Shown one piece after another: positions 24,956 to 32,250 of a stretch of DNA of 64,000 nucleotides. The number at the start of each line of letters is the position of its first letter. The stretch's first letter is position 1. The position numbers and the translations under genes are program-made. Location: assembly GCA_017303715.1 (NCBI GenBank), contig JAFLBZ010000005.1, positions 128,511 to 192,510 of the forward strand, given 5' to 3'. Source of the DNA: Rhodothermia bacterium (GTDB lineage: Bacteria > Bacteroidota > Rhodothermia > Rhodothermales > UBA2364). Below the pieces are notes generated by a model. The model did no database searches. It saw only the letters and a program-made list of their open reading frames with translations, and was not told the origin of the DNA.

Positions 24956-27906
24956 GAAATTATGTCTATTTTTGCTATTTTTTCAGTTTAATCGGCAGCA
25001 CCTCCATTTTACACGCCCAGTCGAAGGAGTATTGGGGGCTTCACCGTGTTCAAGACAAGGCTACACTGCATTTGGCAGAATTGGGCATTAATGCAATGGT
25101 AGATACAGACAGTGGCGACCTTTGGTTAGCCTCTTCAAAAGGTTTGTTTCTACATAATGGCTATACATTAGAGCAGTTTTGCAGTCAGATTGAAGGGGTC
25201 ACTGCTTTAACAAGATTACCAGATGGCCGGATTTTTGCGATGGACATGCACAATATGGCCTTTCTGGTTTATCCCACCCAGAACGATTCATTTGCTTGCT
25301 CACCCCTCTTTACCTTGTCTGATACAAACATCCTACGAGTTGTCGCAAGCAAGAACCACAATGGCTTTTATTACTGGCTGGCTTCAGAATACAATGTTCA
25401 TATCTATCGTAACAACACCAAAATCGCTAAATTGACCTTTCCGAATGGCGTAAAAGACATCAGGTACTTAGGTAGTGTTGTATCAGTGGTTTCGGGGCAA
25501 GAAATTTATTTTTGCCACGAAAATGGTCGTTGTGTTGTCCATACTTTTTTCAACAATGTCACCCATTTCTATAAAATAGGCGGGGATCAATGGTACGGAA
25601 CCGAAACCAATGGGCTGTGGATACAAACTGGTAAGACCATACGACAAGTGCTAAAAGGAAGTATTTTCCATCTTCACCCCGCTGCAAACAACCCTTCCAC
25701 TTTATTCGCCGCTACAGATGAAGGTATTTTTTTAGTCAATGCCCGCAACCATCATACCACTACCCTTAGTACGGGAAAGTGTTCTCTTGGCTTAACAGGA
25801 GACCATGTAATTTGGTGTGCAGATACACAAAACCTATTCCGCGCCATTATAAACCCTGATGGATTCCGGTTTTATTCCAAAGAAAATAGCTTACTCCATT
25901 CCTCTGATGTTCGAGACATTTCGGAATTAGATAACGGCCAAATAGCTATTCTGAACGGCTCGAATATAAGTTTCTTTAATCAAGGGAAACTACAATTCAA
26001 TTTAGAAACAAAAGACCAGTGGATCACCAAAATAGAACGAGCAACACACAATGAGATATGGATATTGTCCGAAGAAAAAAACTTATCATTATACAATTAT
26101 GTTGACCATAAAATGAGAACATTTAAGCCATTGCCTTTCCCTCCTAACGAAATAGCAGACCTTTTCTCAACACCATCCGGAGTCGTTTATATCGCTTCAA
26201 CAAAGGGTCTTTTCATCTTAAAAACAGATGGCTCACTCCAACCAAGCACCTTTAGACCCGCCGATATTCGGTTGGTTACTCTTGATAGGGAAGACCTTAT
26301 TTTACACCTGCAAGATGAAGGAATCTGGCGATTTCGCCCAAAAGAAAACACCTATCACCGCATAATCTCATTTCCTTGTGGATCGTCTGTACGTGGGATG
26401 TTTACGGATGCTCAAAGACGAATATGGATTGGAACAGAAAAAGGCTTATTTTATCTACAAAAATCTTCCTGTGAACAAGCTCCTCATTGGCCAAAAGAAA
26501 GAAGGGTACGTGCCCTATCTGGAGATGCAAAGAATGGGCTATGGGTAGTCGGAGAAAATACATTTTTTTCGCCAGAACTCTACCGCATTAATCTGTCCAA
26601 ACCCAGTTGGTTTCCAGTGTCTCTACCTTGGTTAAATGACTATACTGGATACCTACACAACTTGCCAAGCATACAAGGAAAAAATGGTCATATTTATTTT
26701 TTAGGACAACTCGGATTACTCGAAATAAACACACAAATAAATCATCATGATCTTATTGACTTTTCCGGCATTCAGCTTTTTGCACGGGATAAAGTGGTGC
26801 CCATCAAACAAGTAGCCCATAATGTTTTTGAAGTTAGAGAAGTTTTGCCACATTACCAAAACGACTTTTCTTTCTCCTTTCGTTTTCTTGACCATGAATC
26901 CGTTTCGATGGCGTATAAGTTGGTGGACTGGATGCCAAATTGGGCTTTACAAAGCGGAGATACCCCACTTAAGTTTGGAGGTTTATTGCCCGGAACTTAC
27001 GAACTTTATGTTTATATATCGCAACGAAATGGCCAATGGAGTTCAAAACCATTACAGATAAAATTTCAGATAAACCCGCCTTGGTGGATGCAACCCATTT
27101 CACGATTGCTTTTCTTCTCGGTCTTGGTTTTATTGGGGTGGTGGGGAAACAATCGGTGGAATCATGCCAAACGAAAACGCGAGGAAAATACTTTGGCCCT
27201 CCGAAAAAGCCGCCAAGAGGCCAAAGAAATGGCCATAGTAGCAGAACGGGAAAGATTAGAAGCAACCGAAAAATTACGAGAAGCCGCATGGCAGGCCGCC
27301 GAAACGAGGCGCAAAGACCGAAAACAATGGGAACAAGACCTCCACGATGAGCTTGGTGGACAACTCGGTGCCATAAAAAACCGATTACAAGTCCTAAAAA
27401 AACAACCAGAAGCCCAACCCCTAAAAGATACCCTTATCGCCATCGTTGATGAGGTGACCGATGCCTCAAAACAGCTTCGCCATTCCCGTTGGATGGTTGA
27501 CCCAACCGCTGATTATGCAGAAGCAGTTGTCGGTAGAATTGTTGGAATGGCGGTCGAAATGCTTTCCGGCCTCCGGCTCGACTTAGACTACCCCGAAGAA
27601 GTTCCGAACTTTGGAATTGATTTTAATGACCGAAAGAATCTGATTCTCGCCATTAAAGAGGCATTTCATAACATTTTAAAACATGCCCATGCAAGTATTA
27701 TCCACCTCTTTATACGTCTTCAGGATGGCGTATTATACGTTTCAATTCAAGATGATGGTAGCGGTTTTGACCCTTCCTTGATTTCATCAGGTGGTCACGG
27801 CCTTCGCAATATGCAAGAAAGATTGGCCGCATCCGGTGGGAGGTGTACCTTGACTTCAATCCCTAAAAAGGGTACAAAAATTGTTTTTGAACTGCCTCTA
27901 AAATAA
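24946..27906 (+). CDS. Sensor histidine kinase: periplasmic beta-propeller/Y_Y_Y-type sensor + TM + HisKA_3 + HATPase_c (NarX/LiaS class)
   Basis: The ATG at 24946 gives the signal peptide MELRNYVYFCYFFSLIGSTSILHAQ. The TM segment is LLFFSVLVLLGWW. The H-box is DLHDELGGQLGAI. The ATPase motifs are HNILKHAHA, DDGSGFD and GGHGLRNMQERL. Confidence 0.85.
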   Translation: MELRNYVYFCYFFSLIGSTSILHAQSKEYWGLHRVQDKATLHLAELGINAMVDTDSGDLWLASSKGLFLHNGYTLEQFCSQIEGVTALTRLPDGRIFAMDMHNMAFLVYPTQNDSFACSPLFTLSDTNILRVVASKNHNGFYYWLASEYNVHIYRNNTKIAKLTFPNGVKDIRYLGSVVSVVSGQEIYFCHENGRCVVHTFFNNVTHFYKIGGDQWYGTETNGLWIQTGKTIRQVLKGSIFHLHPAANNPSTLFAATDEGIFLVNARNHHTTTLSTGKCSLGLTGDHVIWCADTQNLFRAIINPDGFRFYSKENSLLHSSDVRDISELDNGQIAILNGSNISFFNQGKLQFNLETKDQWITKIERATHNEIWILSEEKNLSLYNYVDHKMRTFKPLPFPPNEIADLFSTPSGVVYIASTKGLFILKTDGSLQPSTFRPADIRLVTLDREDLILHLQDEGIWRFRPKENTYHRIISFPCGSSVRGMFTDAQRRIWIGTEKGLFYLQKSSCEQAPHWPKERRVRALSGDAKNGLWVVGENTFFSPELYRINLSKPSWFPVSLPWLNDYTGYLHNLPSIQGKNGHIYFLGQLGLLEINTQINHHDLIDFSGIQLFARDKVVPIKQVAHNVFEVREVLPHYQNDFSFSFRFLDHESVSMAYKLVDWMPNWALQSGDTPLKFGGLLPGTYELYVYISQRNGQWSSKPLQIKFQINPPWWMQPISRLLFFSVLVLLGWWGNNRWNHAKRKREENTLALRKSRQEAKEMAIVAERERLEATEKLREAAWQAAETRRKDRKQWEQDLHDELGGQLGAIKNRLQVLKKQPEAQPLKDTLIAIVDEVTDASKQLRHSRWMVDPTADYAEAVVGRIVGMAVEMLSGLRLDLDYPEEVPNFGIDFNDRKNLILAIKEAFHNILKHAHASIIHLFIRLQDGVLYVSIQDDGSGFDPSLISSGGHGLRNMQERLAASGGRCTLTSIPKKGTKIVFELPLK

Positions 27907-28013
27907 CACGGGGAATGATTATGCCATATTTAGCACCAGCAGGACAACATCTTTTTACCTATATTCCGGTGTTTGTGCCTCTCTAAAGCCTCTTTCTTAC
28001 CTGTGCTGTGTTG

Positions 28014-28835
28014 TCCTTCAGGGCTAAAGCCCAATGCGATTCGGGGCCTACTACCCCGCCCTAAAGGACGGAGTTAATGCCTTCCTCCACTTTGCATCTC
28101 TGCCTAGCTATTGCTTTTGGGTTGCTCTCACCTCCGCCCTGAAGGACGGAGTTAATGTTTTGGTGTTTTCCTCTTCGCGCTCTTGGGTGATGTTGCAAAA
28201 CGCCTTTTAACCCCATGCTTCAGCGTGGGGTTGCCTGCGACGATCAAACGCTCGGCTTTAGCCATGACAATTCGTAGAAATTCGTCATCAAACGCTCGAC
28301 CCAGCCCCGTAGGGGTGGCCTCTTCGTAGAATGCCATTCCCAAGCCACGCCCAGCCCCGTAGGGGTGGCCTCTTCGAAGAATGCCATTCCCAGCGCACAG
28401 CATTCGCCTTTTGCCATCGTTCAGGGCTAAAGCCCAATGCGATTCGGGGCCTACTACCCCGCCCTAAAGGACGGAGTTAATGCCGTGCTCCACTTTGCAT
28501 CTCTGCCAAGCTATTGCTTTTGGGTTGCACTCACCCTTGCCCTGAAGGACGATGCACGGCATACACGTTGGGCATCTTTCAGGGCTAAAGCCCCTCTTTT
28601 ATTGGTTGCTCTCACCTCCGCCCTAAAGGACGGAGTTAATGTTTTGGTGTTTTCCTCTTCGCGCTCTTGGGTGATGCTGCAAAACGCCTTTTAACCCCAT
28701 GCTTCAGCGTGGGGTTGTCTGCGACGATCACACGCTTGGCTTTAGCCATGAATATTCGTAGAAATTCGTCATCAAACGCTCGACCCAGCCCCGTAGGGGT
28801 GGCCTCTTCGAAGAATGCCATTCCCAGCGCACGGC
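28014..28835. repeat. Composite hairpin-rich repeat, two tandem copies (~400-420 nt each)
   Basis: ttcagggctaaagcccaatgcgattcggggcctactaccccgccctaaaggacggagttaatgcc starts near 28017 and again near 28421. Each copy continues into ttttggtgttttcctcttcgcgctcttgggtgatg..aaccccatgcttcagcgtggggtt..ccagccccgtaggggtggcctcttcg. The sub-motifs are small palindromes (gggctaaagccc, ccgccctaaaggacgg, aacccca-N10-tggggtt). Confidence 0.9.
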
Positions 28836-29282
28836 AAAGCAACCTTGATGAATCAGGAAAATCCGGACATGAAAGATGCGACTTGCCGAGATTTGTTACA
28901 TCATCGCATATCCCAGAAATAGCCCGTTTGCCCTACTTGTGGTCTATTAAACCGGATTTCCCTGCATCATTTTTGCCGAAAGAGAAAGTGCTTTATGAGA
29001 GGTGCATTTTGATCTTTTTATCCTTTAATAAAGATATTATGTATTAAAACGATTAAATAAACGGTATTTTGATCATATATTTAAAACCTAAAGTTACCAC
29101 CCTACCATCCATCAGTAATCATGAACAACCAACAGCTTAATATTTTTAAACATCCGTTGAGAACAACATATACACGGCATTGTCTTCAATATTTGTGTAG
29201 CGGCATAAGGTCAATATCTAAAGGACACGCATGAAACTTTATACCGCTTTGACCTAAGTTACTGCCAACCCCTTCCTTGAGC

Positions 29283-29300
29283 ATCCCTCGAATTAGGGAT
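29283..29300. promoter_or_regulatory. Candidate operator, exact ATCCCT-N6-AGGGAT, upstream of the caspase-PKD gene
   Basis: atccct cgaatt agggat lies ~290 nt upstream of the ATG at 29590. An extra half-site, aaaatccctcc, occurs at ~29332. Confidence 0.45.
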
Positions 29301-29589
29301 ATTTACCTGTAAGTATTGCGTATAAAGGTCAAAATCCCTCCTTTAATAAAACAAGCAAACCAATATATAACAACAACTTACAACCTCACCTCTTTCTGAT
29401 TTGAATGTCAATATTTATTTTTAATGGTGCTTGGTCGCCGTTCAAATCTTGTTTTTGCCATCTGTTCTTGCTATTTTGGCACTACATTTTGTATCTCCCA
29501 CCAGATCATACGCAGTTTTACCGTGTTGGCACTGTCATCACAGCCCCTTCGCAGGAGCAATTCCGCTACTTCAATACTGGTCTTTTGTC

Positions 29590-32202
29590 ATGTTGAAATT
29601 TACGAATAGAACCCGCCTCCCTTGGCATCTTGTATATTGCCTTTTTACCATCGGCTATGTTTTGATCCCTGAAACACTTTTGGCCCAACCAGCGCCTAAG
29701 GCACCCGGCGTAGTCCGTATAGACAAAAAGGTCATGTTGGTGGTCAGTAATCAAAACTATGATGACCAAAGGTACAAGCTCAACAAACCCCACGCCGATG
29801 CAGACAGCATCTCATCGGTCTTTACCAAATTAGGCTATCAGGTAATTTCAGCCAAAGATGTGACGGAGAAAGAATTGGCGCGGAAGATCAATGAATTCCG
29901 TACACAAGCAAGGGGTGCAGATATCATCGGATTTTTTTATTCCGGACATGGTTTTAGGTTGCCCAATAACTCAAGAAATTTCCTGATGTTACGAGACTTC
30001 GACGCGACTTCCTCCGATGAAGCGGAGGCGAATAGTGTATCCATCGAGTCCATTCTCCAGAAAATGAATAGTGCCTCAACCAATGCCAAAAAACTCATCT
30101 TAGTGGATGCGTGCAGTTCGGAGCTAACGTTTGTACAAAAAGGGGATGAAGGCAGCAAAAGCGACATAGATTTTACGGGTATTTCCGAAGTGACCATCCT
30201 CACCGCCACCCAGCCGCTTAATGTGGCCTTAGAGCGTGACGACCAGCCCAATGGCCTTTTTACCGCCGCCATTCTAAAGCATATTCGCAAACGCGGGATG
30301 GAAATCTCCGAATTTATGAGGGCCGTAAAGCGGGATGTGGACGAAGCCTCCGGCGGCAGGCAATCCCCTTGGCAACAAGGCGGGTTTTCCAATGCCTTCT
30401 ATTTGGCGGGCGATCCCTGCTTGGGGAACATACCCAAGTTCTTAGAGGCCCCCAAATACCCAACCAGCCTGAAAGCAGGGGAAAATGGGTTTTTCCAAGT
30501 CCGGTCTAACGGCAACAACGTCGTTATAAATTGGGACTTTGGGGATGGCTCGGCCTTTAACGGAGCCAATATTCCCCACATCTATACCAAAGAAGGGACA
30601 TACCAAGTAACCGTAACCGCCTCCAATACCTGTGGTGAAGACCAAACAAGTTTCCCCATCACAGTTCTCCCACCGCCCAATCCCTGCGAAAACAAAGCCC
30701 CCAATATTACCCGTTTGGATGTCCTCGCGAATGCCCCAACCGTGAATGAAAACGTGCGGTTCGAGTCCGAGGCCACAGGTACAGACTTAGACTACCTCTG
30801 GGATTTTGGGGATGGGAAGCAGGAACAAGGCCGGATTTTATGGCATAGCTTTACACAAGCCGGAACCTATATCGGAAAACTCGTGGTTTCTAACCAATGT
30901 GGCAAAACCGAAAAACCTTTTAGTGTTGTCATTAAACCACCTACCGATCCCTGCTTAAACAACAACCCCGCTATTCTTCAATTTGAGGTTCCCTCTACCG
31001 GAACCACCGCAGACATCTTGCGCTTTGCTGCAAAAGGGACTGGAACGGGATTAGAGTACGAATGGGATTTTGGCGATGGGCTTTCCGATCAATCCGTAAA
31101 TCCGGTTCACAGCTATACCAAACCCGGAAAATACACCGTAAAACTCACTATAAAAAATCAGTGTAGCGAGGCCACACAATCCAAATCCATCCAGATTACC
31201 CCGCCCATAGATCCTTGCAAAGACAACGAGCTACGCATCAACCGCTTGCTCATTCCAGAAAGCATCTCAGAAGGTGTACCCGTCACCTTGGGGGCTTCCG
31301 TAACAGGCCGCGATTACCTGAGCCTTTGGGATTTTGATGACAACACTCCCAAAGAACGGTCTGCGGCGCCTACCCATACCTTTGCAAAGGCGGGCCGCTA
31401 CAAACTGACCTTGGCCGTCACCAATACCTGTGGTGGTGTAGATACCCAAAGCCGCATAATAGAGGTGAAGCCCAATCCATGTAGGGACAAAAAAACCGTG
31501 GTTGGGGACTTGGCCCTCCCAGCAACCGCAGAGGAAGGCCAAACCATTAAGTTGGCTATTACGGCCCCGCAACCAGACCTCACCTATTCTTGGCAATTTG
31601 GCGACGGAAAAACGGCCCAAAGCCCACAAGTAGAACACCGCTATGAACGTGCCGGACGTTATACCGTGCGGGTAACGGCTAATGGAACTTGTGGCGCGGA
31701 TACCCAGCAACGAACAATCGAGGTTAAACCCCATCCTTGTGCGCAAAACAAACCCGAAGTTTGGGGCTTAAAACCCTCCTCCATCATTATCACAGGCCAA
31801 CCCGCCACATTTAGTGTCCAAAGCAAGGGCAAAGACCTAAAAATTACTTGGGACTTTGGGGATGGAACCACTGCCGAGGGCCTGAACCCCAGCCATACCT
31901 ACCAAAAAGAAGGGGAATACACCATAAAAGTGGTGGCCGAAAACGATTGTGGCGTCTCCGAGGCGGCAAGCCTAAGCCTAAAAGCAAAGATGCCTCCAAG
32001 TGTGGTGGTAAAACCAGAGGTTAAAACCCCACCTCCCTCCCCCAAGACACTCCCAACCAAAAAAGGACTGGGTATGACGGCTAAATTAGGCAGCGGGGGC
32101 GTACTGGCGGCTGTCCTTACCTATGCAGTGGTGAAGCTCACCGGAGGACAACCCAACAATACCCCAACCATTGCACTACCACCACCCCCTCCCACAAACT
32201 AA
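29590..32202 (+). CDS. Caspase-like (C14) peptidase + six PKD domains + C-terminal hydrophobic anchor and Pro-rich tail
   Basis: The ATG at 29590 gives a signal peptide ending LLAQ, whereas the ORF call starts at a TTG at 29431. The caspase motifs are VMLVVSNQNY, IIGFFYSGHGF and LILVDACSSE. WDFGDG..H.Y...G.Y.V.L...N.CG units occur six times. The C-terminus is GGVLAAVLTYAVVKL followed by PPPPPTN. Confidence 0.8.
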   Translation: MLKFTNRTRLPWHLVYCLFTIGYVLIPETLLAQPAPKAPGVVRIDKKVMLVVSNQNYDDQRYKLNKPHADADSISSVFTKLGYQVISAKDVTEKELARKINEFRTQARGADIIGFFYSGHGFRLPNNSRNFLMLRDFDATSSDEAEANSVSIESILQKMNSASTNAKKLILVDACSSELTFVQKGDEGSKSDIDFTGISEVTILTATQPLNVALERDDQPNGLFTAAILKHIRKRGMEISEFMRAVKRDVDEASGGRQSPWQQGGFSNAFYLAGDPCLGNIPKFLEAPKYPTSLKAGENGFFQVRSNGNNVVINWDFGDGSAFNGANIPHIYTKEGTYQVTVTASNTCGEDQTSFPITVLPPPNPCENKAPNITRLDVLANAPTVNENVRFESEATGTDLDYLWDFGDGKQEQGRILWHSFTQAGTYIGKLVVSNQCGKTEKPFSVVIKPPTDPCLNNNPAILQFEVPSTGTTADILRFAAKGTGTGLEYEWDFGDGLSDQSVNPVHSYTKPGKYTVKLTIKNQCSEATQSKSIQITPPIDPCKDNELRINRLLIPESISEGVPVTLGASVTGRDYLSLWDFDDNTPKERSAAPTHTFAKAGRYKLTLAVTNTCGGVDTQSRIIEVKPNPCRDKKTVVGDLALPATAEEGQTIKLAITAPQPDLTYSWQFGDGKTAQSPQVEHRYERAGRYTVRVTANGTCGADTQQRTIEVKPHPCAQNKPEVWGLKPSSIIITGQPATFSVQSKGKDLKITWDFGDGTTAEGLNPSHTYQKEGEYTIKVVAENDCGVSEAASLSLKAKMPPSVVVKPEVKTPPPSPKTLPTKKGLGMTAKLGSGGVLAAVLTYAVVKLTGGQPNNTPTIALPPPPPTN

Positions 32203-32250
32203 CACCTAAAATCACCTCCCGATCTCGCTATGGTGATTTAAACCCCAATC

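Noticed and set aside
28152-29047. ORFs inside the hairpin repeats (83, 85, 68 and 126 aa; also 36121..36379), including a faint resemblance of ..FDDEFLRIVMAKAERLIVAGNPTLKHGV.. to the C-terminal ..F(H/Y)DH.(I/L)R...L..V..YI..NP...G(L)V block of REP-associated tyrosine transposases
   Set aside because: The ORFs exist in both orientations and are duplicated with the repeat. The NPTLKHGV stretch is simply the translation of the aacccca/tggggtt hairpin. The catalytic-region His residues are absent and no N-terminal transposase part exists. At most this is a very decayed remnant, so I do not call it as a gene.
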